Shown one piece after another: positions 39,772 to 50,179 of a DNA stretch of 64,000 nucleotides. This stretch comes from an uncultured Chloroflexia bacterium (lineage in GTDB: Bacteria; Chloroflexota; Chloroflexia; QHBQ01; JADMIH01). Under the pieces are notes generated by a model that was given only the letters and a program-made list of their open reading frames with translations, was not told the DNA's origin and searched no databases. Made by a program: the position numbers and the translations under genes. Each line of letters begins with the position of its first letter. Position 1 is the stretch's first letter. Location of the stretch: positions 160,001 to 224,000 of the forward strand of contig CAWCNY010000006.1 in NCBI GenBank assembly GCA_963797095.1. Direction: 5' to 3'.

Positions 39772-40610
39772 GGTTGCGTCAAAAAGTGGTGCCGGGGCGG
39801 TGGCAGGGTTGTACATCGGTTACCTTACCGTGATCAGACTGTGCAGATAAGGATTGCGGAAGTGTCAGAAATGAAAGCACGCAACCTCTCTGGTGATAAC
39901 CAATCCGCTCGAACCAAGCATCAACCCTGGCTTTCGTATGCTATCAGGCTGCCATCAGCATGGTTTGCAGGGCAGCATATCATTGTCGGAACATTCGGCG
40001 TTGTTCCGACAACGGCACTGTTTCCTTGGGCCTGGCGCGATAGCGGAAGTACTGTCGGTCGCTGCTCCTCATACGCACTGCAAAACCGAGATGCAGCATC
40101 AAATTGCCAAAGCCTCTCATCGGGTAGTCTCCGTCCTTCGTCGACTTTACGGCCCAGAATCCGGCGTATCGCACGAGGGTAGTAGCGCATGCCCATCGGT
40201 GGTTACTCGGGTCGGTCTGTGGCCGACGCCTTCCCTCGCTTGGGAGAAGAACCGCTTGGCTGCCTCCATGTCTCGATGCTCAGAAAGCATAGAGTCGACC
40301 AGATTGCCATCTCGGTCTATCGCCCGGTAGAGGTAGCACCACTTGCCATTGACCTTGACGTATGTTTCGCCGCAATACCATGATACCCCATGATTTGCCT
40401 GCCTTGCCTCTGCGCCTGGCACGCAGTTGCTGTGTGATGAGTGGTGCGAAGCGTGCGTCCCAGTCGCGCACTGCCTCGTGGGTGAATTCGAAGCCTCGGG
40501 ATAAGAACATCTCCGACAAGTGCCGCAGGGAAAGCTTGTATCGGAGCCTCCATAGGACAACGAGAAGGACGATGTCTGTCGGGAACTATGGAGTAGGGGC
40601 GCTGACGCTC
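39772..40610 (-). mobile_element. Degraded IS6-family element
   Basis: ETYVKVNGKWCYLYRAIDRDGNLVD, RVTTDGH and MFLSRGFEFTHEAVRDW in different frames; boundaries approximate. Confidence 0.85.
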
Positions 40611-40779
40611 CTGGATGTGGGCCACATATTGCTCATGTGGCCCGTGATCTCGGTGGCGGGCGGGGCGCTCGGAAAGCTCGTCCTGGGTGAGGCCTAACCT
40701 TAGTGCTCTCCAAGTTCAGGGAACAATCAAAGGAGACGTTCTGCGCCAGGTCCGCATGGATTGCTATTGCAGAGCAGCA

Positions 40780-42042
40780 CGCAGTGCTCCCTGCGAAGCA
40801 GCGTCAGATGTCCACCTAACCGGTTCACACGCTCCTCAATGCCACGAAGCCCCAACCGCCTCTGTCCTCGGATGTAGTGGCCTCAAAGCCGACGCCATCA
40901 TCGCTGATTTCAAGGGTTACATTAGGCCCGTCCTGGCGCAAGGACACAGTCGCACGAGAAGCATGGGCATGTTTGAGGATGTTATTGAGTGCTTCCTGTG
41001 CAATCCGATAGAGTGCCTGCTCGACCTTTGAAGAAAGCTGGTTTGCACCCCGCACGATAAGTTTTGTTTCCAGGTTACTACGCGCTTCAACAGCCTCGAG
41101 ACGCGAGTGCAGAGCGGCAACGAGACCCTCCTGTTCCAGGACCGGCGGGCGCAGCTCGAAGATAAGTACTCTCATCTCCTGCAATGTTTCCAGGGCCGTA
41201 CTCTGCAGCATCGACAGATGCTCTTTCACCAGTGCTGTATCACCCGAGGCAAGGAGCCTGGTAGCCGCTTCGGCATAAAGGCTGATGCCGTATAGGGCCT
41301 GCGTTACAGAGTCGTGCAGATCTCGAGCGATGCGCTGGCGCTCTTCGAGTATGGTTTTCCCCTGGATGGCGTTTACGAGCCGGGCGTTTTCAATGGCCAG
41401 AGTGGTCTGGTCGCTCAACACCCGTATCCACTCAAGTTCTTCAGTCGAAAACTGGCGCGGTTCCTCGTAATAGAGAGTGATCGCTCCATACACCTGATCT
41501 GTGATGATAATGGGGATCGATACAAATGCCCGGTATCGGCGTGTCAGCCGTAAGAAAGACCCTGTTATGCTCAGAGGATGTGAGGCTTGAGTCTCTTCGT
41601 GACCGGGTGTGATTAACCCAGCGGTATTCGAGATTGCCAGCGGCTCACGCTTCAACAAGACCTCACCAATCGGTCCACTATCAACTGACAGATCCAAAGC
41701 GGCGATCTCTGCGTCCAGGCCGTGTGAGGCGTGCACGCGAAGAGAGGAGTCGCTACGGTCGAGCCTGTAGATAGAGCCGCCATCGGTATCAAACAGTCGA
41801 CACGCCTGGGCAATAATATAGTTGAGCACGTCGTCCAGCGTGCAGTTGGAGTTCAGGATCGTCAGTATCTCATGCAGTCCTTGAGCAACGCGCTGGCGAT
41901 GCGAAGTCTCCCGGGCTTGACCTTCTATTTGCTCACCGAACATCTGGTAATCCAAAGTCCTTGCGTAGCTGAACATACTGCCCTCGTTGGCGATAGAGCG
42001 TAAGAGGGTATCTAATATGCCTCCATTTTGATCAATGTCCAA
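40780..42042 (-). pseudogene. GAF-domain HisKA_3 sensor kinase with a frameshifted, truncated C-terminus
   Basis: ERQRIARDLHDSVTQ, LYRIAQEALNNILKHA and ISDDGVGF; LGLRGIEERV lies in the -1 frame and the final G-box is absent. Confidence 0.85.
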
Positions 42043-42069
42043 TCACGTCTTAGAAGTTACACATTACCT

Positions 42070-42122
42070 ATTGACACGTGTCAATGGAGAGATTATAATG
42101 GAGTTATTGACACGTGTCAATA
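42070..42122 (+). promoter_or_regulatory. Consensus sigma70 promoter with two perfect palindromic LacI-type operators
   Basis: TTGACA (42071)-17 bp-TATAAT (42094); ATTGACACGTGTCAAT at 42070-42085 and TATTGACACGTGTCAATA at 42105-42122. Confidence 0.88.
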
Positions 42123-42263
42123 GGCAGACGGGATCAATTTTGAGGCAATTTTGAGGGTGTTTGGCTGCGCTACCTCACAAATTGTGATAAAGTCGTTGTC
42201 AAATAAGACAAAGTTGTAGAGCAGGAAGCGCACTCGGTAGCTCTCTTTTTAGTTTATGCAAGG

Positions 42264-43304
42264 ATGAACAAGATGATAGAAAATCATAAACCCCCTACCA
42301 GTGCTGATGTCGCTCGCTTGGCAGGTGTTTCTCGAACAACGGTCTCTTATGTGCTGAATGACACACCCAACTTGAGCTTGAAACAGGAGACTCGAGAACG
42401 TGTGCTGGCGGCTGCGAGGGCGCTGAATTACCAGCTGCAGCCGGCGGCACGGGCTTTGCGCAAAGGCCAGAGCGATGACATATATTTCGTAGTGGATCGC
42501 CCGCTTACGCTCTATTTCAGAGACCTGATCCGGTCTTATCATCGCCGAGCCAGGGAACTGGGATACAACCTGATCGTGTGCTTCAACGATGATATTTCCC
42601 CGGAGACCAGGCGGAATTTTCTGCTGCGCCTCTTTTCCAACCGTCCGGCAGGCGTTATCACCTCTGGATACACAATCTCTCAGGAGATAATTGACCTGGC
42701 CAAGAGCAAAGGCTCCGGACCTCTTATCGCCCTGGGGACGGTACAGCCAGACGACGGGCACTCATATAACCAGCTTATATGTGATGGTACAACGCTGGCA
42801 ATCGAGCACCTGCTAGAGCGCGGACATCGAGCTATTGGTGTGATAGCCCCTCAACCAAGTTACCTGGCGACACTTGTAGAGACTCGGGTTAGCGCAGCGC
42901 GAGAGGCCCTGGATACTCTGGGAATAGGAGAGATCTGCATCTTGTCTGCAGCCTCATCTGCGCTCGATGACGTTCGGTGGGTCGCGCAGGAGTTGCGTGA
43001 TAATCCTTCACGCCCAAGCGCTATATTTGGTTTCAATGACGAGTACTGTTTCCCAATGCTGAGGGCTTTGCACGAACAAGGTTTTCGAGTGCCGCAAGAT
43101 ATAGCTCTCATCGGCACCGATGACCTCGATTTTGGCCAGATTACCATGCCGAGCCTGACCACAGTGAGCTATGATATCCAGGCAATCGGCGCACGAACCA
43201 TCGACCTGATCGATGCTCGTCTGCGCTCGGGTGACGATGTCTCGACTGCTCTCCCGTTCCCTCCGTTGCCACCTCCAAGGCTTATCGTTCGCGAGTCCAC
43301 CTAG
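42264..43304 (+). CDS. LacI family transcriptional regulator
   Basis: TSADVARLAGVSRTTVSYVLN, LLERGHRAIG and VPQDIALIGTDD motifs. Confidence 0.95.
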   Translation: MNKMIENHKPPTSADVARLAGVSRTTVSYVLNDTPNLSLKQETRERVLAAARALNYQLQPAARALRKGQSDDIYFVVDRPLTLYFRDLIRSYHRRARELGYNLIVCFNDDISPETRRNFLLRLFSNRPAGVITSGYTISQEIIDLAKSKGSGPLIALGTVQPDDGHSYNQLICDGTTLAIEHLLERGHRAIGVIAPQPSYLATLVETRVSAAREALDTLGIGEICILSAASSALDDVRWVAQELRDNPSRPSAIFGFNDEYCFPMLRALHEQGFRVPQDIALIGTDDLDFGQITMPSLTTVSYDIQAIGARTIDLIDARLRSGDDVSTALPFPPLPPPRLIVREST

Positions 43305-43699
43305 GTGGTGAGTAGGCTTCCGGCCTACGATTGGGCGGAAGGAACAGATAGGAGGCTATTGGAGGAAGTGTCAGGAGTGGGAGCACAGGGTTCCCTGTCG
43401 GCACCCCTCATGCCTTGCTTATGGGTTACCCACGCTGTTAGGCGGCCACCAGCATGTCTTGCAGGGCACCAAATCGCTGCCGAAACATGCAGCGCTGTAC
43501 GGCCGGTATGGTTTCCTTTTCCTCTTGACCTTGATGTAAATGCCAGTCGGAAGCGGCGCTTACCCACGGTTTCCCGAAGGTGCTCGATCCGCATCCGCTG
43601 GGCCAAACCCGGCATGTACCTTTCGGTTTTCCAGGCTCTCACCTCAACCATCAGAGCATGCTTCATGCGCGCTGTGCAACCTCATACTCGCCCCCTCCA

Positions 43700-44600
43700 T
43701 TCCGAATCCACCGCTCAGCGACGGCACTCGCCCGAGGCGCTCGATAGGGCGTTCGGATAATCTCCACCCTTCTCACACAAAGAGTGTGTCGAATCTCACT
43801 GTGAATATCGCGTCCCGGTCTCTGATCAAGAAACATATCCGCTTCTTCTCGTCTTGCAAGGTCCAGGTTAGCTGCCGTGCCTGTTGAGTGACCCAGACTG
43901 CTGTAGGATGTGACGTGCAGCCGGTGAAGTGTACACGCCTGCTACCTAGCTCGATGAAAAAGAACAAGTAAATGGTCCTCAACCAAGCTGTTTCTACCGT
44001 GAAGAAGTCACAAGCCAGCATTTGCTGCCTATAGTGTCCGACGAACATGCGCCAACTGTGCTGCCTTGCTTAGCTCGCTGAGGAACAGGTGGCACTTGAT
44101 GGCGTTTGAGGATATCCCTAATCGTTGAGCGCCCGACGGTGTAGCCGAGTTTGAGCAACTCGCCTTGCAACTTGCCGTAGCCCCAGGGTGGATTCTTGAG
44201 TCAGCCGCAGTAGTAACGCTACAAGTTCAGGATCAGTACTTGGTCGACTGCCGGTTCGTCTCCTGGTAAAGATCCATTTGCGACGAACGAGATCACGGCG
44301 CCATTTGAGAACGGTGTCCGGCTTGAACAAACGCAGCACTTCGTCCAACCTCGTTTTGCTATCACGATAAGGAAGGTGAGTTAGGCGGCAAGAACAGCGA
44401 GACCAAGCTTCTCCCAACGCGAGATGCGCAGTGTGGCAGGATGGTGACGTTGTAAGGTGCTTAGCTGCTGGCGGAGCAGCAGTGTTTCGAGATGCTTCTG
44501 CCGATCAGTACGAGTGCGGCTAACGAAGTAGTCGAGAAGTAAGGAAAAGCGTCGCGCGACAATGAAGTAGAACATGAACTCGAGCACTGCATGTAACATG
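43700..44600 (-). mobile_element. Degraded integrase-core (rve) transposase gene
   Basis: LACDFFTVET, LIRDRD and RAPRANAVAERWIR across several frames. Confidence 0.8.
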
Positions 44601-44679
44601 CCGAGGAGCTGTGCAATCGAGGAGAAAACGATCCAGGAGTGCTTTCTGCGACTTCAGATAGGGTTTCCGCACTATACAG

Positions 44680-46509
44680 GATACCGCTGGCGAACCCTGG
44701 CTCAGAGGCTTGCAGTCGTAGCGACACGTCGAAATGTCTGTCTGCTGGCTAATCGCGCAAATGCTGATATGCGCGTACGAGCTACTTCCCGCCCCTCTAA
44801 CCACTCCACCAAGCGCACCAGATTTATCCCTACCGCTATCAGGATGTGCTGTAGTGCTGTCTTTGCTATCCCGATATACCGACTTTGCCGCAACCCTCCA
44901 AGGCGCACTCCTTGACTTAGCGTTCCTTCTACACCCGACCGCCGCTTGTACTCCTCCTTGAATTGAGTGCTCTGCTGTTCCACCCTCTGTGCTAGCATCG
45001 CCATATGCTCTACTTTTGGTCGCAACGTCAGCGCCCTCCCTGCTCGCGGCGATTTGGTACACTCCTCCCGTACCAGGCAACCCCGACACGTTGCCCGCGC
45101 AAACGCCACATGGATCGCCTCCTTTCCGTACCCGGTATGCGTTGGCGTCCACACGCTGCTTTGCTGCCCGGCAGGGCACCTTACCTTCTGTGCCTCCCAA
45201 TCCACCGCAAAACAGCCCGCCGCATACCCTTTACCGGCTTGCGCTTGCCAACTACTGTCATCAGGTAGCGGTCCCACTAATCGCACCTCGTACTGCTCCT
45301 TACTGGCTACTAATCGGGCAGAGTCGACGTAGCCAGCATCAACCAGGTGTTCAGTTGGTAACAGATCGCGTTCTTTCAGCGCCTGGTGGATCGGTTCTAA
45401 TGATGCCTCATCCGTGGCGGTGGCCGAGGTGGTTTCTACGTGGGTGATCAGATGGGGTGTATCATCATCACAAGTCTCGGTGATATGAACCTTATAGCCA
45501 ACCCAACGCTTTTCCCGTTTGTTGCCGGTGCGGGCCTCAACATCATAAGGCGAGACAATCAACAAACCGGCAGGGGGTAGGTCATCCACTTCCCGCCAAC
45601 GCACGATTCCATCCTTGTCTGGAGCATGGAATTGCTGCAACCAAACCGCTCGCAAAACCTCTACCTGGGGCAGCCATCGTAAGCCCCTCGGCGCCCCTTC
45701 AGCATAGATCGCACTCAGCAAGCGTACCCCATCAGCACCGATTATGGTGGCCATCGCTCTTCTGGCTTCTTTGCCTTTTGGTAGGTGATAGTCACTGGCG
45801 CGATGGCTGTAGCGCTCGACCCACTCGGGCTCGATAAGGGGGCCAAGCCAGTGGGGGTCTGCCTCTGCCAACTCATTGAGAGCTGAGCGCATGGTTTCAA
45901 CACAATTGACCAGACGGCCCACCGATCGTACCGCCGCTAGTACGTGAGTGGAGTCAGTGCGAGCACGCCCCCTTGCTTTGAGTAATCCTCGATCTTGTAG
46001 CGCTTCGAGCAGGGTATCAAGCAAGCGCATTTCGAGGCCACCAGCGATTAGGCGGGTGCGAAACTCGGACAAAACAGAGCTATCAAAGCCAGGATGGTGC
46101 AGCGGAAGGGCAAGAGCATATTTCCAAGCGAGGTGTCCGCGCACGGCGTCGGCGGCTTGTTCATCGCTCAGACCTTCCATGAACTGGAAGACAGTGACGA
46201 GGGCGAGGCGAGCGGGATCAAGGGCGGGCTGGCCAGTAGTCGAGAAGAGAGATGCAAACTGAGAATTAGCATAGAGCAAGCTGAACTCATCGGCGATGCG
46301 CATCAAGGGATGGCCTTTAGGGAAGGAAGCACGAGCAGCTTGCTCGGTATCTTGGGGAATGAAGTAGACGACAGGCGAGCGCAGGGACATGGGTGAACTC
46401 CTAATGTTGTGAAGGCAAGGGTCGGCTGACCGATATTACTCCAAACAGCTCGGTTTGCCAAGCACTCTGTGGCTAGGATTGCTCTCAGTGAGGGTTCGCC
46501 AGCGGTATC
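44680..46509 (-). mobile_element. Intact IS1182-family element
   Basis: 19-bp perfect TIRs GATACCGCTGGCGAACCCT; TATACAG direct repeats at 44673-44679 and 46510-46516. Confidence 0.93.
44702..46390 (-). CDS. IS1182 family transposase
   Basis: FDSSVLSEFR, RTDSTHV, WVGYKVHITETCD, HLVDAGY and YKRRSGVEGT motifs; uninterrupted 562 aa. Confidence 0.93.
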   Translation of the reverse strand: MSLRSPVVYFIPQDTEQAARASFPKGHPLMRIADEFSLLYANSQFASLFSTTGQPALDPARLALVTVFQFMEGLSDEQAADAVRGHLAWKYALALPLHHPGFDSSVLSEFRTRLIAGGLEMRLLDTLLEALQDRGLLKARGRARTDSTHVLAAVRSVGRLVNCVETMRSALNELAEADPHWLGPLIEPEWVERYSHRASDYHLPKGKEARRAMATIIGADGVRLLSAIYAEGAPRGLRWLPQVEVLRAVWLQQFHAPDKDGIVRWREVDDLPPAGLLIVSPYDVEARTGNKREKRWVGYKVHITETCDDDTPHLITHVETTSATATDEASLEPIHQALKERDLLPTEHLVDAGYVDSARLVASKEQYEVRLVGPLPDDSSWQAQAGKGYAAGCFAVDWEAQKVRCPAGQQSSVWTPTHTGYGKEAIHVAFARATCRGCLVREECTKSPRAGRALTLRPKVEHMAMLAQRVEQQSTQFKEEYKRRSGVEGTLSQGVRLGGLRQSRYIGIAKTALQHILIAVGINLVRLVEWLEGREVARTRISAFARLASRQTFRRVATTASL

Positions 46510-46799
46510 TATACAGGTGAGTTCTTCGACTACTGGCAGAAGCACGGCGGTCTAGCTCAACAAGGTTATCCGATCTCGGACGAGTTTCAGGAGGTGTCGC
46601 CGCTCGACGGCAAGATTTACACAGTACAATACTTCGAGCGTGCTGTGTTCGAGGCTCATCCGGAGAATCAATCTCCCTATAATGTGCTCTTGAGCCAGTT
46701 GGGCACCTTCCGCTACAAAGAAACCTATCAGAAACCCTGACTCAATTAGAATCTCCGGGCACAAGAATCCGACTGGAGTTGTCAACTGTGCGTACAGTG

Positions 46800-47085
46800 C
46801 CGCCGTGAACAACACAGGTGCCGAGATAAGCCCCGGCACCGGCCCTGCCAATGCGGGCACGCTCACGATCAACTGCCCATATACACAGAGCGGCGACGGC
46901 TCGATAAGGCTCGAGCTTGGCGGCTCCACGCCCGGCTCGGGCTACGATCAGGTGGTGGTGAATGGAGCGGCCACGTTGGGAGGGGCCCTTAGCGTTACCG
47001 CTATCCACGGCTTCACCCCTCCCGTCAACAGCCACTTCAACGTCATGACCTACCAGTCTCATACGGGTAGCTTCGCCAGCATGTC
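46800..47085 (+). pseudogene. Fragment of an autotransporter-passenger-like secreted protein
   Basis: ISPG...GTLTI..YTQ...LELGG..PGSGYDQVVVNGAATLGGAL; no proper start or end. Confidence 0.55.
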
Positions 47086-47420
47086 GAGGCCTAACTGGAG
47101 TTCTTTTGCACCGTGTGACAGTAATTGGTTGCCCAGAGTGAATCTTATGTTTGGCCCATCAAGCCATAGAACGCCAGGATCAAACGGTGCTTCCAGGGTC
47201 TGCTTCATTAGCAAGTGTGGCTGCATAATGAGCAAGAGTGGCTGCATAATGCTCGACTTACCAGAACTGTTCGCACCAGCGAGGATTGTAAGCGGTTTTA
47301 CTTGGATGCTCTGCTCTTTGGGTATTGATTTGTATCCACCTACCCGATGCGGTTCATGCCCGCTCTCATGTTTTCAGGCGAATTCGACCCGTTTGTATGC
47401 CGATGGTTCCTGGTAGCCAT
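47085..47420 (-). pseudogene. N-terminal half of an ABC/AAA ATPase (Walker A), probable partner of 32786-33410
   Basis: VGGYKSI...PLTILAGANSSGKSSIMQPLLL..MKQTLE; frameshift near 47343 and a 21-bp internal duplication. Confidence 0.82.
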
Positions 47421-47559
47421 AATGCATTGAACCTGTTTGGGATCCCGTCCGATAAAGTCGATACTTCTGATAGGATTGTATCAGTTTTATAGCCTCCATA
47501 CAACGAACAAGGGTCAGACCAACATGAGTCTGGCCCTTGTTCGTTGTATACTTCGTGTC

Positions 47560-49851
47560 TTACCGCAATATCCGCATGGTCTCGGCTACGACGCTGTCGG
47601 GGGAGGGCATTACTGCTTTTTCGCCAGCGGGGCCGTAGGATACGCGGGTGAACTTGGGGTTGACGCGGCCGATGGGACCGTGGAGGTGGTGCCACCAGTC
47701 GGAGGCTGCTTCGGAGGCTACCGAGGAGCCGAAGCCGCCCATGGCGCGGTCTTCGTCGGCTATGAGGAGATGGCCCGTCTTGATGATCGACCGGCGGATG
47801 GTCTCGCGGTCGTAGCCTGCGTCTACCGTGCGAAGGTCGATCACCTCGGCGCTGATGCCGTACTGCCTCTCAAGGGTCTCGGCCGCGACCATCGTGCGCG
47901 GCCAGAGGTTGCCGTAGGTGACGATGGTGATGTCGGTGCCCTGGCGAGCCACCCGGGCCGTGCCGAGGGGTACGCGATAGTCGGGGCCGGGGTAGTAGGA
48001 GCGCGAGGGCTTGGCTTCGTAGAGCGATTTAGGCTCTAGGAAGACGACCGGGTCGCCTGAGATGAGGGCTTCGCGCAGGAGGCCGACGGCGTCGGAGCCT
48101 AGCGAGGGGACGACTATGCGGAGGCCGGGGTAGTGGGCAATGGGGCCGACGGCGGCCTCGGAGTGCCAGATCGCGCCAGCGCCGCCGAGGTAGTCGCCGT
48201 AGGCCACGCGGATAACCATCGGGCAGGCGAAGATGCCGTTGGAGCGCCACCTGAGGGTAGCGATCTCGTCAACAAGCTGCTGCCAGCCGGGGTGAATGTA
48301 GTCGCGGAACTGCACCTCAACGAGAGGAAGGTAGCCTGCCAGCGAATAGCCCATGGCGGTGCCGAGGATGGTGGCTTCGGCTAGAGCGGAGTTCCACACG
48401 CGGTCGGGGAAGGCCTTGCCGACGCCCCTGGTGACGTGGAACACGCCGCCCTTGCCCTTGAGCTTGCCGGTGGGGTCTGGAACCGGGTAATCGGCCACGT
48501 CTTCGCCGAAGATGACGATGCGCTCGTCCTTCTCCATCTCCTCCATGATGGCCCTGGTGATCAGGTCGCGCATGGGGATAGGCTCGGTGCTGGTGTCCTC
48601 TTTGAGGAGGTTGGCTTCGCCCTCGACGAAGCGGGCCACGCGCAGGTCGTAGGGGGTGGAAGTGACGTGCCACTTGATGGTGTCAGGGTCGAGCTTTGGC
48701 TCGGCAACCGCTACCTCGGAGGCTTTGCGGATCTCGCCGACCACCAGCGCGTCGAGCGCCTTGAGCTTATCTTCGTCCACGCCGTTGTCGGTGAGGAGGG
48801 ACTTCATGCTGACCAGGGGGTCGCGGAGGGACTCGGCCGCGAGGTCCTCGGCACTCCTGTAATAGGCCTGGGTGTCGGCTGAGGAGTGGCTGAGAGGGCG
48901 TGTGACGTGGGCGTGGATCAGGACGGGGCCTTTGCCTGCGCGGAGGTGCTCGGCGGCTTTTCGGGCGGTTCTGAAGGCCTCCAGGAAGTTGGTACCGTCG
49001 ATCTCCATCACTTCGAGGTGATTGTCGGGGCCGATATGCGAGTAGCGGCTGTAGAGCCTGGCCGCGTTGCCGCCGGGGATGTTCACGCTGACGGGGGTGG
49101 AAATGGCCCATTCGTCGTCTTCGACCACGAAGAGGATAGGGGCCATGAAGCGGACGGCATCGCGGACCGCCTCTTCGACCTCGCCTTCGGAGGTGGTGCC
49201 GTCACCGACGGAGGTATAGACGAAAGCGTCGTCTTTGCCTGCCCTGGCGCTCAGGCTGAATTTCTTGCCAAGCTTCTTCTCCAGCTTCAGGCCCTCGGCA
49301 TAGCCGGAGGCAGGAAGGCATTGCGAGCCGGTCATGGTGGAGCCGGTAGGGAAGTTGAAATCGACGGAGCCGAAGTGGCTGGACATCTGGCGGCCACCGG
49401 ACATGGGGTCGTAGCGGGAGGCTACGCTCTGGCGGGTGATGTCTTCCATGCGGATGCCGGACCAGAGGGCAAGGGCCTGGTCGCGGTAGTAGGGGAGCTT
49501 GGCGTCGTCGGAGCGCATGTGGTGGGCGATGGCGACGTTGATCGCCTCTTTGCCTGCGCCCGCGATGGAGAACCAGAGGTTGCCGGTGCGCTGGAGGAGG
49601 CCCTGCATGTGGTCGATCTCGCGGGAGGTGCGCATGGCGGCGTACATCGCCAGTAGATCATGGACTGAGAGACCTTCGAGGTCTTTGCGCTTTTTGTCGC
49701 GACCTTTGGGTTGGTCGCCGAAAATCTGATTTACCAGATTGTAATAATAAGCTCGGCGCTCAATGAGAAGTTCTTCGGGGTTGGCTGCCCGGGTGCCGGC
49801 GTCACCACCCTGCTCCTTTGTCTGGCGAGTATCTGTTTTGTAATCAATCAA
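47560..49851 (-). CDS. Fused alpha/beta 2-oxoacid dehydrogenase E1 (branched-chain/pyruvate type)
   Basis: PYYRD, GDGTTSEG, HSSAD, FGEDVA..GGVF and VVFLEPK motifs; GGAGG before TTG 49851. Confidence 0.93.
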   Translation of the reverse strand: MIDYKTDTRQTKEQGGDAGTRAANPEELLIERRAYYYNLVNQIFGDQPKGRDKKRKDLEGLSVHDLLAMYAAMRTSREIDHMQGLLQRTGNLWFSIAGAGKEAINVAIAHHMRSDDAKLPYYRDQALALWSGIRMEDITRQSVASRYDPMSGGRQMSSHFGSVDFNFPTGSTMTGSQCLPASGYAEGLKLEKKLGKKFSLSARAGKDDAFVYTSVGDGTTSEGEVEEAVRDAVRFMAPILFVVEDDEWAISTPVSVNIPGGNAARLYSRYSHIGPDNHLEVMEIDGTNFLEAFRTARKAAEHLRAGKGPVLIHAHVTRPLSHSSADTQAYYRSAEDLAAESLRDPLVSMKSLLTDNGVDEDKLKALDALVVGEIRKASEVAVAEPKLDPDTIKWHVTSTPYDLRVARFVEGEANLLKEDTSTEPIPMRDLITRAIMEEMEKDERIVIFGEDVADYPVPDPTGKLKGKGGVFHVTRGVGKAFPDRVWNSALAEATILGTAMGYSLAGYLPLVEVQFRDYIHPGWQQLVDEIATLRWRSNGIFACPMVIRVAYGDYLGGAGAIWHSEAAVGPIAHYPGLRIVVPSLGSDAVGLLREALISGDPVVFLEPKSLYEAKPSRSYYPGPDYRVPLGTARVARQGTDITIVTYGNLWPRTMVAAETLERQYGISAEVIDLRTVDAGYDRETIRRSIIKTGHLLIADEDRAMGGFGSSVASEAASDWWHHLHGPIGRVNPKFTRVSYGPAGEKAVMPSPDSVVAETMRILR

Positions 49852-50179
49852 TGAAATGCCTCCATCAGCCTGGATTATGGCTGGTGGAGGCGGCAAAGGA
49901 CGCTATACGAGACGTGACTCTATAGGGACAACGACCCTTTAACCGGCACCAGCCTGATGGGAACTGTACCTGGTATGTTGTGCCTGTCAATGACGCCGTT
50001 GTCACCGCAACTGTGCTCTTATTATAGCGCATTAGATGGGGTGCGCGTCAAGATGCAAATCTATTGACAAACTATGCCTACGGTGGTAACGTAGCTACAC
50101 AGTTGGCCCTTATGTGGGGTTTTCAGCGTTGCATTCTCAAAGCCTCTCTCTGTGCAAGCCAAAACGATTGGAGCCGGCC

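Larger units (their letters stand above)
44610..46740 (+). pseudogene. YFPETG-type repeat protein remnant interrupted by IS1182
   Basis: Removing the IS gives GFPHYT|GEFFDYWQKHGGLAQQGYPISDEF...QYFERAVFEAHPEN, ending at TGA 46740. Confidence 0.7.

Noticed and set aside
43325-43700. ORFs between lacI and the integrase remnant
   Set aside because: No recognisable motif in the frames examined; probably degraded sequence
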